Positions 50,212 to 62,599 of a DNA stretch of 64,000 bases are shown in pieces. Each line of letters opens with the position of its first letter. Position 1 is the stretch's first letter. The notes under the pieces were generated by a model. It ran no database searches. It was not told the origin of the DNA and saw nothing but the letters and a program-made list of their open reading frames with translations. The translations under genes were made by a program, and so were the position numbers. This DNA is from Laetmonice hystrix (lineage: Eukaryota): NCBI GenBank assembly GCA_965235115.1, contig OZ249446.1, positions 5,642,001 to 5,706,000 of the forward strand, read 5' to 3'.

Positions 50212-53200
50212 CTACAAAATTCAACATTCTGTTTCTCGGTGAGCCTCATCATTATCACCTCATTCTGGGCTCTGACTTTCTCTAGATCACTGTGAATGGA
50301 CAATCCTCCAACCTTGTTCTTCCATCTTCAAATACGAGCAGGAAGTTCTGCACTTACAGCGCACGCTTTCAACAAACACCAGCTTCTCCCTAATTCACTT
50401 TCCTAACTGAATTCCTGCACTAAAGTAAAGAAACTGATTCTATTCAGCATCACGTAAGAGATGGTATAATCAAATATTGGCATGAAAATGCCTGCTGAAA
50501 ACCACGTTTTCTCTCTGGTACCCAACCCAGATTTGTCTTTCTATCCGCAGGAACACACAATCATGGTCGGGAGTTTCAAAATCTCATACATTGAAGGAAG
50601 CATACGAGTCCACTGCTATAGGTTAGCAAATGTTAGCTAATAGTATTCACCCTGTAAAAGTATGCTCGGCATAAAGTCCCCGCTCCCCTTCAACTCACTT
50701 CACTTACTGAGTCTGCACGGGCTATGGGCCTACTCATGCATATGACAGACTCAGTAATTGTTGGAATCTCCTGCATCGTATCAAGGTTGGAATGATCAAA
50801 CACACAAACAGAAAGGAAAAGAGACCACAAAACCCCACCTACTGTAACCAGAGGAATACCGGTAAATCTTTTCTCAGGCCTTTCCACTGAATTATTGAGG
50901 GGGCGAGACAAACAGAATCTGGGTTTCATTTGACTGCCACAATGGTGAACGACAACGGTAGCAAATCATGATTGTGAGTACAATTAGGTGGCCTGCTTAT
51001 TGTCCTCTTCATGTTAATTGTCAAAAAAGAGTTTTTACCTAGTGTAGCCTATATCAATAGGCTAATTATTAGGCACTACTTAAAATATTTGGGAGGGGGG
51101 AGGGTTAAATCCCCCCCCCCCCCCCAGGAATTTCGGCCCTGTTTCTAGATCCCTAATGGAGGATGTGACCTTGGTACCTAAAACCGTGAACAGGATCGGG
51201 GTGTCAGCAGGGACCTGGGCTGAAACCAACTCTTTTTGTTCCACTTCAAGATAACGGAAACTGCAAAAACTGCAACGGTCTCCCGAAACAGAACGATACA
51301 CAAGAAAGCAAACTATATTTTATGACTGTCAGCAGTGACATTTCGACTCACCTTTTTCATGTAGATTACATTTATAATGCCATGGTGTTGGAAAAAGCTA
51401 ATTGGAGACAGAGCAAAACAAGTTGTGAAAGGAAAATAAAAATATGGTTCAGTTTCTTTAACTCAGTAGAATTAATTGAGAACGTAAGAAGTAGTATCCA
51501 TGCATGCATGTCCACGACTCGTTCGCTTTTTACCTCTCTCTCTCCGTCTTCCTTTTTCTAATGATCAAGGTAAAGAATGAGGCTGTCATTGAGAGAGTTT
51601 ATACACTGGCACGCTGCAGGGATGCTGACTCCATCGACTGGAGTCAGGGAAACACCTCGAGCTGGGCGGCGGTTCTACCAATCAGTTTGTCTATCTAGTT
51701 TAATATCAAACCCACCTACAACCGCTCAGCGACCCGGAAAACAACCAACCACTCGCCAGATGAACCCTGCCAGGGCACGAGGCCGGCCAAAATCAATATT
51801 CTATTGACATTAATATTTCACACTGCTGGACCTCACGCTATTTACTTCAAAGCTTTCTTTCTGTTTAACCGCATATCAACTGCCATATAAGATATATTTA
51901 TAGTCGATTTCTTGAATTGTTTATACAAATTTCTTTTGCAGATCTCACATGATATAACTGTATTGCTTTCTTCTTCCTGATTCTTCTTTTGGAGGCCTTA
52001 AATTCTAGTTATTGCTGTATATTTGCATTCAGCGAAATTCACCCTTCGGAATTTTTGCGCCTGAAACGCCATTTTCACTAAAGCTTTCATTATATGTTCT
52101 GCAGATCTTAGAGAAACAAATCTACACGTTTATAGAACTGCCAAACTACTGATTTTCATTGGTTATGTGAGCACATCATGGATTAGTTTGATCCCGAACA
52201 TAATTCTCAATGCCAGGTATGGTTTATTTTGGCCCATTTATCACGGCACCAGGTGTATTGAAAGCTCTGATGTCAACAATAAAATGATCGATACTTGATG
52301 TGGATGACGTTTGCATGATTCCAGAATCCCCCCCCGGTAGTCCCCTCAGACTGTCATATCAAACCATTTTACAAAGTGCCTACAATGTATATTCTGTTCC
52401 CCGATAGCACAGAAGTCTGGCCTTGAAGTACACTAAGCTGAATAACCTGGAGAGATATATCAAGGGGCCTTCTGTCGACTGGTGCTGCAGGTCGGCCTGT
52501 AACCAGCAAGAGCATTCTAACCAGCTGTATTTCATAGCTACTTTCGTCGGGAAACATTTACTCTCGAACTTGCTTATAAAACGTACCAGTAGTCTCAAAT
52601 ATTATCGCTTACACACTAACAATAGTTTTGAATTCCAAACTCTCACTGATCTGGGGACTTTTTGTGATATTCCTGATGTAATAAAACAATAGTAGGGCCC
52701 ACCGATTGGTCCGATGGTTCAGACCCATCGGTGTAATATATAAAATACACGTAGGTAAGTGTTCTAGTACTCTCAGAACCGGCCTGCTCCCCGCCTACTC
52801 ATTGACATAATGTAGTATGGATCACTCAGTCAGTTTGACCTGGGGCTACAATAATTGACAGCGCCCATTCTTATATATTACTACTATTATTCATCTCTAC
52901 CCCCTCCCATTACTTTGTGGGGTTTGTTTTTAATGGCTGCTACCTTTGTCAGGGTTAGAAGATGACTCCACCCTCAGTAGAATACTATAATTAATACTCC
53001 TCATCTCATCACATTGATTGTAAACGTCAATCGTTCCGGTACCTCCCATTATCTACGTTTTACGGGCACCCAACCGGCTCTTTATGGAACGTCAGCCATT
53101 CATCCTCTCAATCTAACCTGATTAAATGTTCAAATTATAACCATTCTCCTCGCTTTACTTATTAATACACATTTAATACATGCCTCATTAGGAGAAGCCG

Positions 53201-53470
53201 AGGAGACGGGCCTGTTCACCTAACGTTACGCTCATGTAGTTATATACCATGCCGGGTTCTGCGTGTTAACATGTCATATCATCATTCCAGGACACTTCAG
53301 TTCAACATATTAGTTTAGCTGTCCTCTCAAATATAACTGTCAGCACATAATCTCAACAAGAATCACTTTGTGTTGTCAATTGTTGTCAATACGGTATCCT
53401 TGCCAGCGTTGACAATACTGCATTTACTCTGCCAGGTTATGCTGGGGTATTATCACGAGTGACAAATTAC

Positions 53471-53652
53471 CCTCGAACTGACCCTGGATCATGCCACCAC
53501 CTGCCCTAATCGCAGCCCCGTCACGCACCAATTTGAAGACGTGGTGCAGGAAGGCCTTGGGAGTACAAACCCTGGTTGGCCTGGAGTAGTTGTACTCTAT
53601 CAACCCGACCTGACTCATCCCTTGTCCCAGGTTGTGAGACACTAATGTACAC
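53471..53652 (-). CDS. Candidate exon (CTLVSHNLGQGMSQVGLIEYNYSRPTRVCTPKAFLHHVFKLVRDGAAIRAGGGMIQGQFE)
   Basis: Acceptor ccctttcttggtacAG, donor AGG|GTAATT, phase 2-1, inside ORF 53424..53678. Confidence 0.35.
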
Positions 53653-54972
53653 CTGTACCAAGAAAGGGCGTGACCCACCCTGAGAAGGACGGGTCATATA
53701 GCGGGCAGGGTACTGTAATGTGGTAAACCCACTGATCTCAATGTGGTCAAACAAAAAAAGAAATTCTCAGAAACTGGTCTTCCAATTTTGTAAGTCATCA
53801 AAATTATCTAGAAGGTTTTTTCCCTTGAATAATAACCTTTTTTCCACCTGAACCTAATGTTTAAGCAAACATAATTATGACAAAAGTGACTCTTTTCTTC
53901 TTTTCATCGTTTATGTACACAACCCCCTGACTTCCCAACAGAACTCTAAATGTTATATGTGATCATTTTTCCCCAGCGGGTTGGTTCAAGCAAAAGTTTT
54001 TGATCTTTGATCTGTGTATAACGCTACTGTCACGACAACCTCTGCTCACACAAAGAGCAAACTCGAACCACTACCAGATGCACATCAGTTTCTCCTGAGT
54101 CGTGCCAAGTCCCTCCTGTTGGCACCTAAGCTCTCGGAGGCGGGTGCTCTGACCAGCAACACAGAGAACAGCAACTACGTCCCACCAAACAATGTGTGGG
54201 ACCGAGTCCAACATTTGTCTTGTGAAGTGTCGGGTGGGCCTATACACAGACTCAGTCGTCAAGTTCCGATATATCCCGATGTTCCATTGATCAGGCTGTG
54301 TGAATCCTTACGACATTCACAGTCGTTAAATGTCAGCTTGCGGCAGTGATGAACAATGGTGAGCGGGAGGTTGCTATTAATCTTATTCAACGTAACCAAG
54401 GCAACTGTCTGGGCCGTCATTTTGTTAGAAGGATGGAATGAAAAATTATGGTCTGTGTTTTGTGACGCCATAACAGGGGCTGCATTAAAACACGGAACCT
54501 AGATATTGTTGACATTCCTTTCCAGAGAAAATTGCTGACTGATTTTTAAATATATCATTCCATCAGCATGTATGTTGAATCTTTTATCTTATCGTGACAA
54601 TTCCTAGCCTGTTCTCTATTCTATCTAGATATATTCTCTCCGTCTCAGACGTTCATCAGAGTCATCCCAGAACACATAAAAGCTGGCGCAGGATTAACCA
54701 CTCATAATGGACACAATTGCTCATGTTTCCGCTATTAACTACAACTATTTACTCGTTTATGAGCACGTTTCTCGGGTCGCTTGCCCCCAGCACACAAACA
54801 AGTCGATCCGAGTTGCCCAAGCGTCCCTGTAATATGTATTATTTGGTCAAGTCTATCAGTAGTGAGGGTGACGCTTGGCTAGCCTTCCAACTGGTGTGTT
54901 GTCGGCATGGTCCGTATCCAATGGTAAACCATCACGCTGATAATGGTCATTAACCCAGAGACTATACGTGTA

Positions 54973-55100
54973 CTGTCACAGACACTCTCTGCACAGGGGG
55001 TGGCGGTGGGCAGGGCGGCCAGCGTCGGACCCGGTCAGTTGTACGACGCTGGCCGCCCTGCTTGCCGCCCTGCCCACTGTGCAGAGAGTGTCTGTGACAG
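54973..55100. other. 128-bp inverted repeat / hairpin
   Basis: Perfect 24-bp outer stem (CTGTCACAGACACTCTCTGCACAG), perfect 18-bp inner stem (GCAGGGCGGCCAGCGTCG), 16-nt loop. Confidence 0.9.
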
Positions 55101-55374
55101 CACCGCCTGCTGACCAGGCCCTTATAACGGTCTGTATAACAATGTTACGCAATGGGGCCGATAACTCTTAACAGAAAGCTTTCAAGATACACTGCTAATT
55201 CACTTAATTATTTAGTCATCTTCATGGGCGCCGTCCCTGCCCTTGGGGTAACAATCCAAGTGGAAGGGGGGGGGGGTCGAAAACTTCTCCGTATACTGGC
55301 GTTCCACAGCTCCATACATAATCGTTACACTGGGCACCCAGCACATGCACCTGAGGGTCCAGACAGATTAAGTC

Positions 55375-56004
55375 GGAGGTCGCTAACTCTACCCGCCATC
55401 ATTTACTCTACCGTCACGTCCCACACTGGAGTCTGAAATAGCCCAGGAGGTCGCTAACTCTACCCGCCATCATTTACTCTACCGTCACGTCCCACACTGC
55501 AGTCTGAGAATAGCCTGGAGGTCGCTAACTCTACCCGCCATCATTTACTCTACCGTCACGTCCCACACTGCAGTCTGAGAATAGCCTGGAGGTCGCTAAC
55601 TCTACCCGCCATCATTTACTCTACCGTCACGTCCCACACTGGAGTCTGAGAATAGCCTGGAGGTCGCTAACTCTACCCGCCATCATTTACTCTACCGTCA
55701 CGTCCCACACTGGAGTCTGAGAATAGCCCTGGAGGTCGCTAACTCTACCCGCCATCATTTACTCTACCGTCCCACACTGGAGTCTGAGAATAGCCCTGGA
55801 GGTCGCTAACTTTACCCGCTATCATTTACTCTACCGTCACGTCCCACACTGGAGTCTGAGAATAGCCTGGAGGTCGCTAACTCTACCCGCCATCATTTAC
55901 TCTACCGTCCCACACTGCAGTCTGAGAATAGCCCTGGAGGTCGCTAACTCTACCCGCCATCATTTACTCTACCGTCCCACACTGCAGTCTGAGAATAGCC
56001 CAGG
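55375..56004. repeat. Minisatellite, 67-72-bp unit, ~9 copies
   Basis: GGAGGTCGCTAACTCTACCCGCCATCATTTACTCTACCGTCACGTCCCACACTGGAGTCTGAGAATAGCCT. Confidence 0.97.
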
Positions 56005-56702
56005 AGAACGACTGGAGATATATTCCTTTGTGAGACCTTATGGTAAATGTCCAGTATCTGGCAGCCGTTTGACGAATCGATATCATGGGGATGTTACGAT
56101 CCTGGAGTCATTCATCAACAATCTTAGAAACGTTTCCTTCATATTACAGACATCTTAAAATATCCGAGGTAGAGGGATCGGAAGGACTTTAGTCGTCCCT
56201 CTCCCGGCAGATTCGTACTGGTACTTGACGACTCTAGTAACACGTATCATCCAAACGTGCAGGACAATAATCTACTACATTTGGAACTCAAGTTGACATG
56301 GATAGACTCTAGAATTAGGCATCTGGGGCAAGAGAATACATCATATATTTCTATACCTAAAGAGGTAAAACTAAAGTTCCATGGACGACACAGCTGTTGT
56401 TTCGTACTCATTCTCATTCAATCTCACTTGTACTTCCATAAATAGCTATTTGACTTGTTAAGTAGTTTGGCATGGGCCACATGGACCCATGGAAGCATGG
56501 ACCCATGGAAGCATTCACATGACTATTGATAAATCACTGGAGGAGAAAAACTTCACTAAAGGGAAAATATAATAAAGAACATCTGTCTGAGTGGACGGCA
56601 AGCAACATTAACTTCCGTAATAGAAATAATCGGGTCTAAAATAATGGCTGGAAATTTACTGCACGCCCAGGACCAGGTGGCGTTTGGATGATGAGGTCTT
56701 AA

Positions 56703-56846
56703 CTTGGCCAGGTTCTCATTATTCAATTTACAATAATACCAAAGATAGGGACAGGCCTGCACGGAGAATACCTGCATGATTTTATGTACCGACGGGACCA
56801 TGATGAAATCGATGGACGAATCGCTCATCGCTATAATTACAATTAA
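56703..56846 (+). pseudogene. Possible Merlin/IS1595-family transposase C-terminal remnant
   Basis: Translation ...GTGLHGEYLHDFMYRRDHDE resembles the YLxEFMWRR motif as I recall it. Motif resemblance only. Confidence 0.25.
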
Positions 56847-57212
56847 ACTACAGCTTCTCTTTGACTGACCCGATTCTGACTCTAGTTACTTTTCAAATTA
56901 GGTCATTAATATAAATGTTATCTTGAATTAATTAAGGATGAAAGATCATGACCTTCTTGACATGGGAGATCACAACACAAGATTTGTACCTTTGTATCTT
57001 TCCATCCTTTGACGGTAGACTGTTGTGGTGTGAAGGAAGACCTCTGTCAGACTTCAACAAGACCTTTCTCATGATGTCCCAGTACAAGTACAACATTCGT
57101 ATTTCTAGTTTCCTAACTAATGAAACGGTAGTAAGTACATTCTGTAATTGTCACGATGGTAGCGCTCAGTTCCTGGCCGAGTTGTTTTACCCGTAACTCC
57201 GCAATCTGTCAG

Positions 57213-57322
57213 ACCTGGCACCAGCAGTACTGGATCCCATGACGTCCGTCCACTGCCGTATTTACGACTTATTCTCTGCCTATGTTTACCCAATGGAACT
57301 AAAGTGCCCACTGCGGTTGAAC
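57213..57322 (+). CDS. Candidate exon (DLAPAVLDPMTSVHCRIYDLFSAYVYPMELKCPLRLN)
   Basis: Acceptor ccgcaatctgtcAG, strong donor AAC|GTAAGG, phase 1-0. Confidence 0.4.
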
Positions 57323-59329
57323 GTAAGGATGTCAACCGTCATGTGGTCATGGCGCGGAACCCAAACCACATGAAGGAGAGTTGTACAGAACGGTCCCCAG
57401 CCAGGTACACAGACCCCTGGCTGAGAACCTCACAGTGTCTCTCTCTGTGTGCTCCTTCAGTAAACCACTTGGCTCCCACCACCCGTCTATCTCTCTCTAT
57501 GTTGTGATCTTACAAAAACACAATGGTAGGAAGATTAGCCTTTACACCTGGCAGGTGAGAAAGTCACCTTTCGGTGTGTAAAAAAATGACGGTGTAAATC
57601 GGACTGCTGAGAAGGTCACTCTTTGATGTGTAAACAACGTAAATTATAAATTTGGTCGGTGAGAAATCATCTTATGGGGCGTAAAAAATGAACTTGTAAT
57701 TCTGTAGAGTGGTGGCCTTTGATGTTTACCAAGTTAAGAAAGTCGCCTTTTTATACAAGGACGTCAGACCCGCATGGATAATGTGCCTTGTATACACCGG
57801 GGTTAGCTTGGAGCATATAATATGAAAAAATACATCAAAATTCATGGAGCGTAAAAATGAGTATTTGTGTCCAATTTAACTCGGACTTACAGACGCCCAG
57901 AGACGTACCGCAAACATCCGTTGGAATCCAAACAAGGATTCTCATCATGATACTGCGCTGCTTCGCTGACAGGCACACATTCAACGACAAACACAGAATT
58001 TTTAGGCCATCTTCACATAAACGTTTTTTTAAATAACAAACAACAACAACAACAAAAATTCAATAACAAGAGTGAAGACATCTACTGGGAATGTGCGGGA
58101 CCCACCTGTGTGGGGAGGACCGTTCACAATGACACAACCAGTTCCAGAGTGGTTCTTTGTGACTTCAAGACCATATACCAATATGTTAAAGGCAGTACCT
58201 TCTTTTATACATGTGAACCCAACGGTGACTTACCCAAGACACGCCCTGCTAATGTTCCTGGCATAAAACATTCTTATTCTTTTCTCCGTTTCCGTCGTAA
58301 TCGGGAGGTCAACCACGAAATCAACATGAAAATCAGAATTCTCCCACTAACCACAAGATTATGTCAAAGATATAGCTTCCAGGTGTGTACTCACCAACGG
58401 AAATCTGTTTTTGTTATGTTTTTAAAGTGCAAATCTTTAAAGACCACAAAAGGCACAGATGATATTCTGCTAAAATAGATGTGTACAAACATGTTCTATG
58501 GGAAGGTGTGCAGTCTGTACACATGATGGGAACCTATCACTGACCTGGTATGTTTACATCACAGCTGTAGGCAAGCTTATAATACAAGCACCGAGTCCAC
58601 TGTATGGATAGAGCACTGCAAACTCTCCAACTCATTTAATACCCCGGCATTTCCTCTTCAAAAACAAATGAGGAAATAATCAATATTAAGATAAGGAGAA
58701 GAAAACAGGTTTTAAAAAAGGACTTTATATCTTTAGAATTAGACATGAGTTGGGTTTTGTTTCTGACAGTCCCTTCCTAACCACGGCATGTAGTCAATGT
58801 TAATATTCTGTTCTGTTGGCAAGAATGAAGGACACTGCAGGCAAACGAATTATATTCCTGAAAAAAAAACTGTGCTGTTGGTAATGTTTAAAAGTGCTTT
58901 CGGCGGGAAAAAAAACCTGGACAAAGTTGTGATTAGATTGCCTTCTGAGTGGCGGCACGGTATCACCTGGCCTTCAACCAATGCTGACAACTTTTTGTCC
59001 ACAAAAGTTACAGGGGATGGCATTTCCACCTTCTTTACCCTGTGCTCCACATTCCTCTGAATACAAATAATTTTTACAATGGTCATTGTGAATGGAAACT
59101 GATAGAGGAGACCTTATATCGCCGAGCTAGGCAACCATCTCTGATCAAGATGATACCTCTTCAGAGTGCCCTTTATGACGCCAAAGTACGGGAGCCATTC
59201 AACTTCCGTTCATTCTCCGTTTGGGGGAAAGGCAGAAAAATTTTAATTCACAAAACATTCTTGCTCCCAATAATACTGCCACAAAATCCCAAGAAACTCC
59301 TCTAATACGGAGTGACATTACGAATCAGA

Positions 59330-59461
59330 GGTCTATACGACTCGGACAAAATTTGTGGTAGGTTTCTTCCTCACTTCATCCTGACCCCCTGGTTCCTATC
59401 GCCCTAAGTATGACTGGAATACTGTCGGCAGGGCATAAAACCTCCAATTCACTCACTCACC
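59330..59461 (+). mobile_element. SINE 3' portion with (ACTC)n tail
   Basis: ...CCTATCGCCCTAAGTATGACTGGAATACTG...GCATAAAACCTCCAATTCACTCACTCAC. A related tail, GACTGGGCGTTAAACACCAACTACTCACTCACTC, lies at ~61897-61930. Confidence 0.5.
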
Positions 59462-60819
59462 ATGTCGGCTGGCCTTACTGGCATAAATCCTTCCCTAGAA
59501 TTGTCAGGACTGGGCACAACCATCTACAGCTGGGGTAATTGGTGGACTGACCTTACACCATGGAAGACATGTGACATGTTTTTCTTACTGACAGATAAGT
59601 GCTGATCAAATGGTGTGAAACGTGAACCTTAGCCGCACATAACAGGAGGCGTCGGATGACACTTTTACAGGCCAAGTCGGGGTGGGGTTGGCAAGGGGAG
59701 GTAACAGATTGGTGGGCACTCCTGTCGGACAGTCAGTAATCTCAGACCTGCACATTGTAGGAATGCTGAGGTTTACATTCGTCTGTAAACAATTTCATCC
59801 TGGCCAGACTCCTTGTCCTAACAGCATTATCCCAGATAAACGCACCCCAGTCCAGACAGTGCAGCCAATTTCTTACCATTTGTCATTATACTACAATATG
59901 CGGTTCCAATATTATAGCCATGAACTTCCACCAGATGAACAACTTCACCAGCTGGAATTATGCTCTTTCTTATGGCCCTTCCACACCAGAGACACACACG
60001 GCCGCCTCAAACACCTTCACACCTCATGCTCCTATACCCAAGTTCATTACATTGATGCCTGCCTGATGATGATGTTTTTTATTCCATAATAACCCCTCTC
60101 GGGGTATGAAGGATACAGATTTATACAGTTGTACAGTACAGTAGTACATTTGCAGATAATATTGTTAGGTACATGTAGGCTATTGAAAATTGATCATTAT
60201 TATTTCGACAAAGTTGGATAGTTTTTTGAGCCATTTCTGGCTTTCCATCTGGAATAGTTGCTTCATTTTTAATGTATTAGGGTGTCTAAAAAAGTACGGT
60301 TTGATATTCATTTTTCTTTCGTTGTCAAAAAATGGGCATACCCTTACCCAAGTTTTCTTTAGCTGTCTGCTGTCACCATACTCCTGTACCTACATTTTCC
60401 TTATCTGTCATCATGCACCTACAAATGTATACCTAAGATTTGGGTAACTCTCACCATCTCTATGCTCTCATACCCAAGTTTCCCTTCCCCATGTTTCCTC
60501 ACTCAAGTTATGCGTCACAATCACTTACATCCTCCGTCATTCACATGGATCACAAGTATTTCCTATTTTAGTATTTCCACTTCACTCTCAAAAATCTCCT
60601 GAGAGACAAGAAGTTCTACTCTCCCCAGAAGAGTTCCTGGCCTGTTTGAGAGAACTTCCCAGTCCTGACGTGCCCTTGGGGCCTCTTGCCTGCCAGCAGC
60701 ATCAATCTCTGACAAACACCGCTACGCTGACTGACTCCAAGCTTTGAGGAGTGTATGCACGGGAGAGACCCGACTCCTGATCAAGGGGTACAAGCACGGC
60801 AGTGTTCATTGGGGATAAC

Positions 60820-61047
60820 ACGGTAGGCCAGACTGGGACGCCAGCCTAGCATCCTTCTATTACCTGCAGACCTACATCATGATAAGATGTGGGTACAGTT
60901 TCGGCGACACTCGCTGAGCTCAGCAACCACTGTTTGAGGGAACCTTTAATAGTCGTGTTGCGCGGCGTTCGTTCAGCTCAGGCCAACGTTCGCCAATACG
61001 TAGAACGCAGGTTACCAGACACCGACCAGGCGGGAAGCGTCACCTGA
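60820..61047 (+). mobile_element. Decayed DIRS/Ngaro-type tyrosine recombinase fragment
   Basis: Frame 60886-61047 reads DVGTVSATLAELSNHCLREPLIVVLRGVRSAQANVRQYVERRLP. This resembles the VLRGIKxxQ...RPRLPIT segment of YR retrotransposon recombinases as I recall it. Stops and frameshifts upstream. Confidence 0.45.
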
Positions 61048-61283
61048 ACCATCTCCGGGTGACGCCTATATCCTATCAATACTCGCCCTACATTGTGCCC
61101 TATTACATCCAGTAATGGGACGGCCATCACTTATGGCATAATGATGACGTCATTTGAGGTACTAATATACATTGCGTCAGAAGGTAACAAGCAAATACGG
61201 TACCACCGCCGCCCCATCTGTTACGTCACATAATGGGCCAGGTCTTATAATGGGTTAGGTTTCATAATGGTTTAGGTCTCATA

Positions 61284-62363
61284 CCGTATTGACGCACCCT
61301 TAGGCGCATGCGCCTATAAGTGAGCATGCGCCTATACCCGGATACAAACCCATGCGCCTATATCCGGGGCACTTTGTAATTTCCATCGTGAAAACCAATA
61401 TTCACATATAGGCGCACCCACCTGCGTGGGTGCTCAAGTGCAAACCCGTGCAGGGCACGGGTGTTAGCTAGTCGACAGATACATGTATATTAGGGCCAGA
61501 GAAGCACATGGCAGTTCGTTCATACCAATTGGTAGCCCGACCTTAGATATCTGGATAAGGGAACTGTTCTTTGCAGAAAACGTTTATTGCATATCCGAGG
61601 GGTTTCAGCAGACCTTTCAAATTATGAAACAGCCCACCATATTAAAAGATGACGATGACAAAGAGCGAAGTACATGTCTACCACTTGTCGTGGTCGTGAA
61701 GCACTCGGCTGGTGCGGCACGTTATGTTACATGAGCGTGTGCCACAGGGGTACATCCCCCGTGGTAACTTAAAACCCCCACGGAATTTAGTCTGAAGTAA
61801 GGATCCATAGCCCTGACTTTATCCCTATTCCCTAACCCCGGTCCCTACACCTCCCAAAAACATATCCCTATCCTATCCCTATCCCTAACCTCTGCTGACT
61901 GGGCGTTAAACACCAACTACTCACTCACTCCCTAACCTCTGCCAAAAAATTGTGGGGAAGCTACCACAGGTGTGCACACTGACTGGTCAACACTCCAAGG
62001 ACTTGTCACCTTTAACTACTCTTCGTGAAGTGCAAGTTGTTCTGGCTCGAGGAGGATTCGAACCCAGACGTGACAGTCCCTGTTGGTATCAAACACCGTC
62101 CAACGACAGACCGACCAGCCTCACCATATACCTCTCAAGTACTGCAGTGTATCAAAACCAGGTGTGAAAGGAATGGAGATCTGTCGGACTTAGATTCACT
62201 GGTTATACAGGTCCTAGGTAATCAACTTTGTGGTATAATACAATATAATTAAGAAAATACAAATGGATTGAGGTTAAGGTTAGGATTAGGGATAGGATTC
62301 TGAAGAAAGTTTTCCTCAAAAATCCGCTCATAGGCGCACGCGCCTAAAAGTGCGTCAATACGG
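61284..62363. mobile_element. ~1.08-kb TA-flanked TIR element (Tc1/mariner-pogo-like, non-autonomous) with nested inserts
   Basis: TA|CCGTATTGACGCACCCTTAGGCGCATGCGCCTA ... TAGGCGCACGCGCCTAAAAGTGCGTCAATACGG|TA. ~33-bp TIR with three mismatches. Confidence 0.8.
61444..61471 (+). mobile_element. Helitron-type 3' terminus
   Basis: Hairpin CCCGTGC-AGG-GCACGGG followed 6 nt later by CTAG|T. Confidence 0.6.
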
Positions 62364-62599
62364 TAATGGGTGACCGGTCTGAGTACCCTGTTCGGCAGGT
62401 CTGCCTGTTCTAATGATATCATGACGTATCCTACATTAGATGGGAGTATTTGCCGGGAGTAATACGATAAATGCACGAATTCTTCACCCTGAAAATGAGC
62501 ACCTATTCAGTCAGATTATGACCGCGGTCTAACACCTGTTCCCATTGCCTGACCTGGCGACCTGACCCACCCAACGCCACGGCTTGTCTCTGATCCGAC

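Noticed and set aside
62270-62300. Telomere-like GGTTAGG repeats (and CCCTAA at ~61830-61890)
   Set aside because: Short, degenerate and inside a TIR element; not an interstitial telomere array.
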